From Macrostomum lignano (taxonomy: Eukaryota): a DNA stretch of 64,000 nt. Positions 1 through 12,400 of the stretch are shown piece by piece. A program made the position numbers and the translations under genes. Position 1 is the first letter of the stretch, and the number at the start of each line of letters is the position of its first letter. Under the pieces are notes generated by a model. That model had not been told where the DNA came from. It searched no databases and worked only from the letters and a program-made list of their open reading frames with translations. The DNA is taken from positions 21,455 to 85,454 of the forward strand of contig NIVC01000968.1 in NCBI GenBank assembly GCA_002269645.1, given 5' to 3'.

Positions 1-1329
1 CTTCTGTTCGCCTCCTGTCGGAGAGGAAGCTGACTGGCTGGGGGCTGAAAGGCAACAACTTTCGAGGAAATTTCTCTCGCGGTTGAAGAGCTTGAAGAGC
101 CGCCAGCTAAAGGGATTTTCTTGTGAAGAAGACAAGGCAGAGGTGCTCTCTTGTGTTCGCCTTGTTCTCGTGCTCGTGCGTGCGAAAACTCGGACAGTCC
201 CTCAGCCCGAGCAGATTCGTGTTGTCTGCTGTAGAGCCCTCGGGGCACCGAGCACGCCATGATGCAGTGATTCCTTCCTGAGCACCCGGCCTCGCCTTCT
301 GAAACCGGCATCATCATGGGATTGTGTGTGTGAGACAGACTCAGAAGGCGTGGCTCTAGTTCAATTGAAGGGCTCTAGTTCATCTGTCGCATTCTGCGAG
401 CCTCGCCGTTAAGATGTCGTGACTCTCGGTGACCTTCAGTTTTTAATTACCGCCGCAGGTTCCCCTGAAGCGCGTCAAACTTCAAGGTGGGCGGAGCCCA
501 GCTCAGCCTCCGGAATAACGCCGCGGTCTTGCTTGATGAAGCTTGTTGAAAACAGCTATACCTTGATAACAATGAGCGGTCCCATTCATGGCCTGCAGGT
601 TGTGAATAAATGACAACAATGAGAAGCTGAGCCCGGAGGGGGATGGGTTCGATCGAATTCTCAGGGTTCCCGGTAACACGACACTGCACACTTGGGGAAT
701 TCTTATTAAATATATTGCTATGTCGATTAACTTCATGAAGGCTGACAAAGTGAGGAAATATGAAAATCGGGCGGCCCTATACCAAATACCTGGCATGGTT
801 CTCAGAGTGACCCTACAATAGAGAAGCCAGTGCTCCAGTTTTCTATCACACTTGGAGCAGCAATGTCTGGGTCATGCTTTTTTCTTCTACCCAAAACTTC
901 ACTGAAATCCTTCACACAGTTGGCCGCGTGCCCCAGTATTGTGAGCTAAAACAAGAAGGCTGAATTGCCGAGGAACGCAGCAGGCCAGCAATATTGAGCA
1001 ACTACTCATAAATAGGGAAGCCCCGCAGATGCGCATCGGGGGGGGGGGCTGGCCGAAGTTCAGGCCGTTCCGCTGGCCCCAATGAGAAGCGAACTTGAAT
1101 GAGAAAGCTAAGCAGCTGAGGTCGTCACAACAACACCCCGCTGCTCACCGTTGGAGTGGCCCGGATTCTGGAATCCATCATCAGTCTTGCGGTCTGGCGT
1201 TCCGATGAGTTGTGGAGACTGCAAGCTGCTGTTTGATGACCTCATACTCTTAGGGCTTATTTTGGTCGCTCATACACACACACAGAACGCATTGAAATTT
1301 GCAGTAATTGGTGCAAGCAAGCATCATGT

Positions 1330-2017
1330 ACAGTCACAAGTGTGCATGGTCACAAGTGCGCATGGTCAAGTGCGCATGGTCACAAGTGAGCATGGTCGCA
1401 AGTGCGCATGGTCACAAGTGCGCATGGTCACAAGTGCGCATTGGTCACAAGTGCGCATGGTCACAAGTGTGCATGGTCACAAGTAAGCATGGTCACAAGT
1501 GAGCATGGTCACAAGTGCGCATGGTCACAAGTGCGCATTGGTTACAAGTGCGCATTGGTCACAAGTGCGCATGGTCACAAGTGTGCATGGTCACAAGTGC
1601 GCATGGTCACAAGTGCGCATGGTCACAAGTGCGCATTGGTCACAAGTGCGCATGGTCACAAGTGTGCATGGTCACAAGTAAGCATGGTCACAAGTGAGCA
1701 TGGTCACAAGTGCGCATGGTCACAAGTGCGCATTGGTCACAAGTGCGCATGGTCACAAGTGTGCATGGTCACAAGTGCGCATTGGTCACAAGTGCGCATG
1801 GTCACAAGTGCGCATGGTCACAAGTGCGCATTGGTCACAAGTGCGCATGGTCACAAGTGCGCATGGTCACAAGTGAGCATGGTCACAAGTGCGCATGGTC
1901 ACAAGTGAGCATGGTCACAAGTGCGCATGGTCACAAGTGAGCATGGTCACAAGTGCGCATGGTCACAAGTGAGCATGGTCACAAGTGCGCATGGTCACAA
2001 GTGAGCATGGTCACAAG
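1330..2017. repeat. 16/17-bp minisatellite
   Basis: Unit GCGCATGGTCACAAGT, ~42 copies. Confidence 0.97.
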
Positions 2018-2997
2018 TTTCTATCCTTACTACATCATGTTCGCACTGCAGAATTTGCACAAAAATAAATCCCAGCTATAGACGTCTTCAGGCTCAATTT
2101 CTCCCCCTATTGAATAACTTTCCCCAATAGCTCATTTCTGGCGCAAAAACATTAGGAGAAAAATCCTCAAGAGCTGCAAGACCTGGCAGTGCTCTGGCAG
2201 TTTTGCTTTTCTTTTCAAGCCCGACGCACCAATTCAAGCCCGACCTCTCGCATCGGTTGATTCCATCACGGTGCAGCCTGTGAACCCAGCTCTCTCCTTT
2301 GTTCACCGACTTCTCTTCCCCCCCAACCATGCAGTTCCTGCTTCCCCTGTCAAGTCAGCGCCTTCTCACAGCGGGAGGCCTGACATTGGGATACTCTAGC
2401 CCCCGCGCGCCTCACTTTCTCCCCATCGTGGCTCGCATACAGCTGTCCCCGCAGCGCAGCAAAGCGGCCATCCTGCCAGGAACAGCCGCCCTCCCCAACT
2501 ACCTACTTTTTTAAACACAACACTATCAGCTCTTGTCTGAGCTGTGCGCGTCTTTTTAAAGCAAACAGCAGCAGAAGCAACAACAACAGCAGCAGCAGCA
2601 GCAGCCCCGGTCAGGGGGAGTTGCAGGGGGACAATGGCCAGCAGACGCGCGCTGGGGAAAAAACTCCCCAGGCAAGATTTGTCACAATTTTGCAATGCTT
2701 TCCCATGCAGCCTCAAACTGATGCAGGATCCGGCAGCTAAATCCAGAGTCCTCCGTCTGGACTGAGCAACAACTCAATTTCTTCTGCATGGATTACTCAG
2801 AGCTTTGCGCAGAATTCAATTCACTTTTGTTAGCTGAGCAATTCAGGATTTCATTTTTTTCATTTCGGTTGTAAAACCAACGCGCATTGCATTACATTGG
2901 CTTAGTGACTGGTGTCTGCTTAGACTGCAACATATGCAGTGAAAATTGCAATTTATTTAGATTTCTAGTATTTGATCCTATAGGAACTTGGCAGCGT

Positions 2998-4290
2998 CTG
3001 TGTACAGCTGGTTTGACAGCCTTTGTACAGCTGGTTTGAAAGCCTTTGTACAGCTGGTTTGACAGCCTTTGTACAGCTGGTTTGACAGCCTTTGTACAGC
3101 TGGTTTGACAGCCTTTGTACAGCTGATTTGACAGCCTTTGTACTTTGTACAGCTGGTTTGACAGCCTTTGTACAGCTGGTTTGATAGTCTTTGTACAGCT
3201 GGTTTGACAGCCTTTGTACAGCTGGTTTGACAGTCTTTGTACAGCTGGTTTGACAGCCTTTGTACAGCTGGTTTGACAGCCTTTGTACAGCTGGTTTGAC
3301 AGCCTTTGTACAGCTGGTTTGACAGCCTTTGTACAGCTGGTTTGATAGTCTTTGTACAGCTGGTTTGACAGCCTTTGTACAGCTGGTTTGACAGTCTTTG
3401 TACAGCTGGTTTGACAGCCTTTGTACAGCTGGTTTGACAGCCTTTGTACAGCTGGTTTGACAGTCTTTGTACAGCTGATTTGACAGCCTTTGTACAGCTG
3501 GTTTGACAGCCTTTGTACAGCTGATTTGACAGCCTTTGTACTTTGTACAGCTGGTTTGACAGCCTTTGTACAGCTGGTTTGATAGTCTTTGTACAGCTGG
3601 TTTGGCAGCCTTTGTACAGCTGGTTTGACAGCCTTTGTACAGCTGGTTTGACAGCCTTTGTACAGCTGGTTTGACAGCCTTTGTACAGCTGATTTGACAG
3701 CCTTTGTACAGCTGGTTTGACAGCCTTTGTACAGCTGATTTGACAGCCTTTGTACAGCTGATTTGACAGCCTTTGTACAGCTGGTTTGACAGCCTTTGTA
3801 CAGCTGATTTGACAGCCTTTGTACTTTGTACAGCTGGTTTGACAGCCTTTGTACAGCTGGTTTGATAGTCTTTGTACAGCTGGTTTGACAGCCTTTGTAC
3901 AGCTGGTTTGACAGCCTTTGTACAGCTGGTTTGACAGCCTTTGTACAGCTGGTTTGACAGCCTTTGTACAGCTGATTTGACAGCCTTTGTACAGCTGGTT
4001 TGACAGTCTTTGTACAGCTGATTTGACAGTCTTTGTACAGCTGATTTGACAGCCTTTGTACAGCTGGTTTGACAGCCTTTGTACAGCTGATTTGACAGCC
4101 TTTGTACAGCTGGTTTGACAGCCTTTGTACAGCTGGTTTGACAGTCTTTGTACAGCTGATTTGACAGCCTTTGTACAGCTGGTTTGATAGCCTTTGTACA
4201 GCTGGTTTGATAGCCTTTGTACAGCTGGTGTGACAGCCTTTGTACAGATGGTTTGACAGTCTTTATACAGCTAGTTTGACAACCTCCATA
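2998..4290. repeat. 23-bp minisatellite
   Basis: Unit TGTACAGCTGGTTTGACAGCCTT, ~55 copies with recurring variants. Confidence 0.97.
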
Positions 4291-5419
4291 CTGCTAGTTG
4301 ACAGTTTCTGTATGTGTTTCAATCTCTTTACAGCTGGTGTGACAGCCTCCCGTAGATTTGGAAGTATTATGTTCTGAAAATGGCCGCATTCTCTTCTGTA
4401 CAGCTTACTTTAGACAGTCTTAAAATTACCTAAAAATGAGCTGAACAATAGAAGTCATTAAATCAATCAAACAATCAAATAAGACAGTAGGTTATAATAT
4501 GATTGCGCCATTAAAGATCTCGGTAGCATACAAAATACATAGTAGAGATATACAGGAATTGAAGAGCCAGAAGCCACAGACAGACATATAGTTAGTGCAA
4601 GCGGTTCTGCTCTGTTGGGCTTGATAAAACTGGCAGGAGCACTCGGAGCGGAACCACCTGCGGAGAGAGAGAGCGTGAATTAAATATAAAAGTGCGTAGA
4701 CGAACAGCGAAAGCCTATAGTGAAGGCGGGATTGAAAGGCGACCATGCAGCCACCCTCAGAGTTTGAATATTGCATGCGGCGGCGCAGATTTTCATTTGC
4801 TTCTGCGGCGCTTGACCGATGGCCACCTAAAAGACAGTCGGTCTCAGCGGGGGGGGGGCTGTCGGACCGAGGCGGAGATTAAAAATTGCTCTGAGCAAGG
4901 GAACAATCGAAATTATTTGAGGGAAATGGAAGTGGAAGCGGAGCGGTGTCCCAGCGGAGTCAGCGGGAGCTGTCACGCGCTCTCGGCGAAGTCGCAGAGG
5001 AGTTGGCAGCAGGAAGCCGAGCTGTTTCATTTTCTATTCGCACCTCATCTCCCGGAGCTCATCCGCTCCCGCCCTATCTGGGGATGTCCCGCATCCTTTT
5101 CTTTGGCCGGCGCCTTAGACGTGATCGTGTTTGGGAAGAAAGAATTGAGCTCAAGTCGACCGGAGGCGGCGGGAGGCCTCGCGGGTGGCAACCGGGATGC
5201 CGGCTCGGCGCCAGCTAATGGCATCCGAGAGTGTCTGCGTGTTTTTTGACTGACCCGCGAGTTGCAGAAGCAGCAACTGCGGAAATGCCGGGCTCTCAGT
5301 GGCGAGAGAATCTTTCAGTTCAGCTGACTGGCTGGCCTGGCCTGCAAAGCTTTTCAATGCAGATGCTGAATTAGCTGGCAATGCTGGTGCTAGCACTGGC
5401 TCATACTCCATCATCCTGT

Positions 5420-5486
5420 GCCTGTCTGTCTGTCTGCCTGCTTGCCTGTCTGTCTGCCTGCCCGTCTGTCTGTCTTTCTGTCTGCC
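5420..5486. repeat. (CTGT/CTGC)n microsatellite
   Basis: Imperfect tetranucleotide run. Confidence 0.85.
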
Positions 5487-6654
5487 TTATTTCAAACTCA
5501 TCAAATACTTCACATAGACTATCTCAGATCTCCCTTTCACGAGCGAGCTTTCAGTTGTCAAACGCGGCACATTTAAAATACTGCTGTTTTCTGAATATGT
5601 ACATGTACGCTCATATTCCGCTGATCAGCGGCAACAAATTAAGAAGATCAACATTGTGCAAGCTACAGCGCCCTTCTAACAGCTTACGCAACAAATTCAT
5701 GATGACGACAGTTGGTTAACGATTCGGCCGCTACAAATCAATGGGAACACACTGAAGATGTGTTCAACACCACAGAAGACAGCTAGTCTAGTTTTGCCAG
5801 TCTCCATGGCCCGGCCCGGAGACCCCATGCTGGCAAGCCGCACTTGCCCGACTGTGTCGCCTCGAGGCTCAAAAAGATCGACGTGGATTTTCGACGAGAG
5901 TTGAGCACAGGAATGAGATGACGGATCCCCGGTAGCATAGCAGACTTTTAATGAAGAGGCCCACTAGTGAGTGGGAGGCTGGAAGAGGATTCCAGAGTGA
6001 AGCCAGCGAGAGAGAGAGAGTCGACCCTCAAGTGATGCCGCGCCTTTGCTGCCAGGTGTGAAGTAGGTGCGTGCTTATATGCCCGAATGAGTGAGTGATG
6101 CAACAGTGAATGAAGAGGCCGAGCCGGGCTCTAGGATGAGGAGAAGAGAGGCTGTGATTTACGTTGCAGACTCGCTCCACTTGACCACATGGCTGTCGGT
6201 TGGTTGAGACGCAGGGCAGGGGAAAGGAGAGGCTGCAGGGCCTGCCTAATCAGCCAGCTCGCTGGCAGGCCGAGCCGCAGCCAGGCAGACTCATTAGTTC
6301 CAGAGTCTTGTGACGCCGCCAAGGCCTCTTTAACATGCGCGCCCGGCCGGCAAAGCAAAAAGAGCGGAATTTCCCTGTCTGTGCCCGCAAGGAAAAAACC
6401 GTGTGCCACTTACCTACCCCCCTAACCTGCTTCTACCGCCGGCAACTCAAAACTGTTTCGAGCTTGTTTTTTGCATGCTTTTAGAGGAAACTGGCGTCTT
6501 GCTTTCTTAGATGCGTCCGTCTTTGAAGGCTTTTGCCCAGATTTCTAGCAAAGCGATTTTCGAGATAAAGAGTATGATCAATATTTATCTTAGGTCCTAA
6601 AGCTGCAATCCTAAGCTAAGAATACTACAGTGGATCACCATATTGGGTGTTCGA

Positions 6655-7280
6655 GTGTCAGAGGCGCCATTTTTAACTTCTTGTGGCGCCATGTTGAGTG
6701 TCAACGGCGCCATTTTTGGCTTCTTTGGCCGCTATATTTGTTATCAGAGGCGCCATTTTTTTATTCTTTGGGCGATATATTGGTTGTCATAGGCGCTATT
6801 TTTAACTTTTCTGGGCGCCATATTGGTTGTCAGAGGCGCCATTTTTGACTTCTTGAGGCACCATGTTGGGTGTCCCAGGCGCCATTTTTGACTTCTTGAG
6901 GCACCATGTTGGGTGTCACAGGCGCCATTTTTGACTTCTTGAGGCGCCATGTTGGGTGTCACAGGCGCCATTTTTGACTTCTTGAGGCACCATGTTGGGT
7001 GTCCCAGGCGCCATTTTTTGACTTCTTGAGGCACCATGTTGGGTGTCACAGGCGCCATTTTTGACTTCTTGAGGCACCATGTTGGGTGTCACAGGCGCCA
7101 TTTTTGACTTCTTGAGGCGCCATGTTGGGTGTCACAGGCGCCATTTTTGACTTCTTGAGGCGCCATGTTGGGTGTCACAGGCGCCATTTTTGACTTCTTG
7201 AGGCGCCATGTTGGGTGTCCCAGGCGCCATTTTTGACTTCTTGAGGCACCATGTTGGGTGTCACAGGCGCCATTTTGGTT
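6655..7280. repeat. 43-bp minisatellite
   Basis: Unit GGCGCCATTTTTGACTTCTTGAGGCACCATGTTGGGTGTCACA; degenerate at the left edge. Confidence 0.95.
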
Positions 7281-8107
7281 GCTAGAGGCAACTTTCATCC
7301 AAAGCTGGTAAGAACTCTGTTTGCATTGTGACGGTCAAATTGATACATGAACGGTGTGAAATACAAATTTTATATACAAAAATAACTTATACTTCACAGG
7401 CTACTAACAGCACATAAGGGGTGCATTTCTCAGTTTTATATCGGGTTAAAAATACAAATAATTAATTAACGACAGATCTACGGACTTTTAAGTGTTTCCT
7501 TTCTTAAAGAATTAACAAAAAATAATGCATTATAGTGGAATACGATATCATATATTTATAAATCATAAACCGGCTGTTTCTAGCCCTATTGACTAAAAAA
7601 ATGTATCACAATAATGTAATAAAAATACCAAAGGCTGAATGAAACTTCGAGATCAAATTGGACTTACGTACATCATAAAACTGCTAGCTGGAATAAAAGG
7701 CTGAATATATTACTAATAAACAAGTAAATAGTAGCACCAAGTCTTGAGCTAGACTATTTTTAATAAAAAAATTAATTAAGTAAATTAACTCTTGAATATA
7801 AAAAAGCCAATATATAAAAAAACTAATGAAAATATTTATACCAAAAGACTGTAGTAAAATATATTGCCAGAGCAATACTAGTTTACTTTACTGACTGACA
7901 GCTTCAGGTGTAATTAAATGTGATCTATAGATATTTTAAAATAATGTCAGCTGGCGCATGCATACTACTAGCAGTACGATAATAAGAAAAAGCTTATTGC
8001 AAATTTAGTATAGTGCAAACTTGATACATAAAATATTAACTGATAAAAGAGCCGCTTATAGGCAATAAGATTTAGAAGGCCTCAAGGCCGCAACGACGGG
8101 TTGCTTT

Positions 8108-9390
8108 GAGTGAAAATCAGATCAAAATCTGCCATTCTCAGGGAGTGAAAATCTGATCAAAGTCTGCCATTCTCAGGGAGTGAAAATCTGATCAAAGTCT
8201 GCCATTCTCAGGGAGTGAAAATCTGATCAAAGTCTGCCATTCTCAGGGAGTGAAAATCTGATCGAAATCTGCCATTCTCAGGGAGTGAAAATCTGATCAA
8301 AATCTGCCATTCTCAGGGAGTGAAAATCTGATCAAAATCTGCCATTCTCAGGGAGTGAAAATCTGATCAAAATCTGCCATTCTCAGGGAGTGAAAATCCG
8401 ATGAAATCCGCTATACTCAGGGAGTGAAAATCCGATGAAATCCGCTATACTCAGGGAGTGAAAATCCGATGAAATCCGCTATACTCAGGGAGTGAAAATT
8501 CGATGAAAATCCGCTATACTCGGAGTGAAAATCCGATGAAATCCGCTATACTCAGGGAGTGAAAATCCGATAAAGTCCGCTATACTCAGGGAGTGAAAAT
8601 CCGATGAAATCCGCTATACTCAGGGAGTGAAAATCCGATGAAATCCGCTATACTCAGGGAGTGAAAATCCGATAAAGTCCGCTATACTCAGGGAGTGAAA
8701 ATCCGATGAAATCCGCTATACTCAGGGAGTGAAAATCCGATAAAGTCCGCTATACTCAGGGAGTGAAAATCCGATAAAGTCCGCTATACTCAGGGAGTGA
8801 AAATCCGATGAAAATCCGCTATACTCGGAGTGAAAATCCGATGAAATCCGCTATACTCAAGGAGTAAAAATCCGATAAAGTCCGCTATACTCAGGGAGTG
8901 AAAATCCGATGAAATCCGCTATACTCAGGGAGTGAAAATCCGATAAAGTCCGCTATACTCAGGGAGTGAAAATCCGATAAAGTCCGCTATACTCAGGGAG
9001 TGAAAATCCGATGAAATCCGCTATACTCAGGGAGTGAAAATCCGATAAAGTCCGCTATACTCAGGGAGTGAAAATCCGATAAAGTCCGCTATACTCAGGG
9101 AGTGAAAATCCGATAAAGTCCGCTATACTCAGGGAGTGAAAATCCGATGAAATCCGCTATACTCAGGGAGTGAAAATCCGATGAAATCCGCTATACTCAG
9201 GGAGTGAAAATCCGATAAAGTCCGCTATACTCAGGGAGTGAAAATCCGATGAAATCCGCTATACTCAGGGAGTGAAAATCCGATGAAATCCGCTATACTC
9301 AGGGAGTGAAAATCCGATGAAATCCGCTATACTCAGGGAGTGAAAATCCGATGAAATCCGCTATACTCAGGGAGTGAAAATCCGATGAAA
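8108..9390. repeat. Bipartite 35/34-bp minisatellite
   Basis: GAGTGAAAATCTGATCAAAATCTGCCATTCTCAGG to ~8395, then GAGTGAAAATCCGATGAAATCCGCTATACTCAGG. Confidence 0.97.
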
Positions 9391-9484
9391 ACGGCAAGTC
9401 TCAGAAAGTGCAGTAAAACTGTCCTAAGATAAAATATCGGTCGCAGAATTCGCCACAGAATACAGAACGCCCAAGATCCAGGTG

Positions 9485-12400
9485 TCACAGAGCCACAGCA
9501 GTGCTCTCAACGTACTCGTCAAGAGTGCAGCCAGATGCCTGGCTGACCCGATTGCCCGGCCGACAGGAGGCGGCGCTGTTGCTTGACAAGCCGGAATGTC
9601 GGCAGTGGTCAGCGTGATGCTCCTGCGACAGCGGTCGCACATAGTTGAAGGGGAACACGCCCTCGGCTTTAGTTCGCAGGTTCACTCCGTACCACAGCTC
9701 GGGACTGTTTGGGTCCATCTTTTTCACCCGGATGTGGTCTCCGGGCTCCATCCGCAGCTGGCTGGTATCGAATATATTCGGATTGCGAGGCCGTACAACT
9801 TCTACATCGAATGGCAAGTTGAGCTGGAGGAGTACGGCGAATTTGCCGTCCTCTCCGCCAGGATTGCTCTGGCGAAGGCACGACTTTGGCACGCAGCCAA
9901 CTTCACCTGCAAGTGGGTAGGTCTGGGGCAGTTAGTAAATTGCTACCCATGCTGATCAGTCAGCTACCCATACTGATCAGTCAGCTATCCATGCTGATCA
10001 GTCAGCTATCCATGCTGATCAGTCAGCTATCCATGCTGATCAGTCAGCTACCCATGCTGATCAGTCAGATACCCATACTGATCAGTCAGCTACCCATGCT
10101 GATCAGTCAGCTATCCATGCTGATCAGTCAGCTATCCATGCTGATCAGTCAGCTACCCATGCTGATCAGTCAGCTACCCATACTGATCAGTCAGCTATCC
10201 ATGCTGATCAGTCAGCTACCCATGCTGATCAGTCAGCTACCCATACTGATCAGTCAGCTACCCATGCTGATCAGTCAGCTATCCATGCTGATCAGTCAGC
10301 TACCCATACTGATCAGTCAGCTACCCACGCTGATCAGTCAGCTACCCATACTGATCAGTCAGCTACCCACGCTGATCAGTCAGCTATCCACGCTGATCAG
10401 TCAGCTACCCACGCTGATCAGTCAGCTACCCACGCTGATCAGTCAGCTATCCATGCTGATCAGTCAGCTACCCACGCTGATCAGTCAGCTACCCATACTG
10501 ATCAGTCAGCTATCCATGCTGATCAGTCAGCTATCCATGCTGATCAGTCAGCTATCCATGCTGATCAGTCAGCTACCCATGCTGATCAGTCAGCTACCCA
10601 TACTGATCAGTCAGCTACCCATGCTGATCAGTCAGCTATCCATGCTGATCAGTCAGCTATCCATGCTGATCAGTCAGCTACCCATGCTGATCAGTCAGCT
10701 ACCCATACTGATCAGTCAGCTATCCATGCTGATCAGTCAGCTACCCATGCTGATCAGTCAGCTACCCATACTGATCAGTCAGCTACCCATGCTGATCAGT
10801 CAGCTATCCATGCTGATCAGTCACCTACCCATACTGATCAGTCAGCTACCCACGCTGATCAGTCAGCTACCCATACTGATCAGTCAGCTACCCACGCTGA
10901 TCAGTGAGCTATCCACGCTGATCAGTCAGCTACCCATGCTGATCAGTCAGCTACCCACGCTGATCAGTCAGCTATCCATGCTGATCAGTCAGCTACCCAC
11001 GCTGATCAGTCAGCTACCCATACTGATCAGTCAGCTACCCACGCTGATCAGTCAGCTATCCACGCTGATCAGTCAGCTACCCACGCTGATCAGTCAGCTA
11101 TCCACGCTGATCAGTCAGCTACCCACGCTGATCAGTCAGCTACCCACGCTGATCAGTCAGCTATCCACGCTGATCAGTCAGCTACCCACGCTGATCAGTC
11201 AGCTACCCACGCTGATCAGTCAGCTACCCACGCTGATCAGTCAGCTACCCATGCTGATCAGTCAGCTACCCACGCTGATCAGTCAGCTATCCATGCTGAT
11301 CAGTCAGCTACCCACGCTGATCAGTCAGCTATCCATGCTGATCAGTCAGCTATCCATGCTGATCAGTCAGCTATCCATGCTGATCAGTCAGCTATCCATG
11401 CTGATCAGTCAGCTACCCATACTGATCAGTCAGCTACCCACGCTGATCAGTCAGCTATCCATGCTGATCAGTCAGCTACCCACGCTGATCAGTCAGCTAT
11501 CCACGCTGATCAGTCAGCTATCCACGCTGATCAGTCAGCTACCCACGCTGATCAGTCAGCTATCCACGCTGATCAGTCAGCTATCCACGCTGATCAGTCA
11601 GCTACCCACGCTGATCAGTCAGCTATCCATGCTGATCAGTCAGCTACCCACGCTGATCAGTCAGCTATCCATGCTGATCAGTCAGCTACCCACGCTGATC
11701 AGTCAGCTATCCATGCTGATCAGTCAGCTACCCACGCTGATCAGTCAGCTATCCATGCTGATCAGTCAGCTACCCACGCTGATCAGTCAGCTATCCATGC
11801 TGATCAGTCAGCTATCCATGCTGATCAGTCAGCTACCAATGCTGATCAGTCAGCTACCCATGCTGATCAGTCAGCTACCCACGCTGATCAGTCAGCTACC
11901 CCCCTCCACCCAGGAAACCCAGCTAATTTGTCAATCTCACCCGTATTCTTTTTCAACACGTGCCACCACTCGGCGTCTTCTGCTCCGTCCGGCTTGGTGG
12001 CCACATCCAGGAACAGTACGCATTCGTTGCGGCGCAGGCCAATCGCAGAGGCATCCGAATCGGGCCTGTAGTCAATTTTAACCCGGTAAACCGGTCGCGG
12101 CGCCTGTTTGATTGAGACAATTTTTAATGTTAAATAGCTTTGCTGGCTACTGATAGTAGGTGAAGTGAAGTGATGTCTTATAATTGGCTCGAAAAAATAT
12201 TAAAAAATGTAAGCTAATGTGCCATGACACACACAATGACAAAATCAAGCTCACAGGAACAGTTAAGGTGGAATCAACCAGCTTATTCTTCTTATAGTAG
12301 TTCAGTATATCCTGAATGAATAGAAATTCAGTTGGACCAATTCTGAACTTGAAGCCATCGCTGTTTTTGCGCGGCAAAACAACTATTTTGTAGTGATTGG

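Larger units (their letters stand above)
1..5415 (-). other. Possible exons of an unidentified minus-strand gene running off the left edge
   Basis: Open segments flanked by AG/GT at ~5415-5253, ~1230-1148 and ~590-452, plus an open frame at ~330-1. Phases are only partly reconcilable and no domain was recognised. Confidence 0.25.

Noticed and set aside
1151-1940. Overlapping repetitive ORFs (HKCAWSQV...)
   Set aside because: Frame-cycling translations of a 16/17-bp minisatellite.
8396-9390. Hammerhead-ribozyme satellite (CCGATGA...GAAA)
   Set aside because: The core would need CUGANGA directly flanking stem II and paired stems I and III; these are not present in the 34-bp unit.
9886-12081. 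731-aa ORF as a real protein-coding gene
   Set aside because: It is the translation of a 21-bp array lying antisense within a well-supported Crk-like intron; kept only as a low-interest finding.
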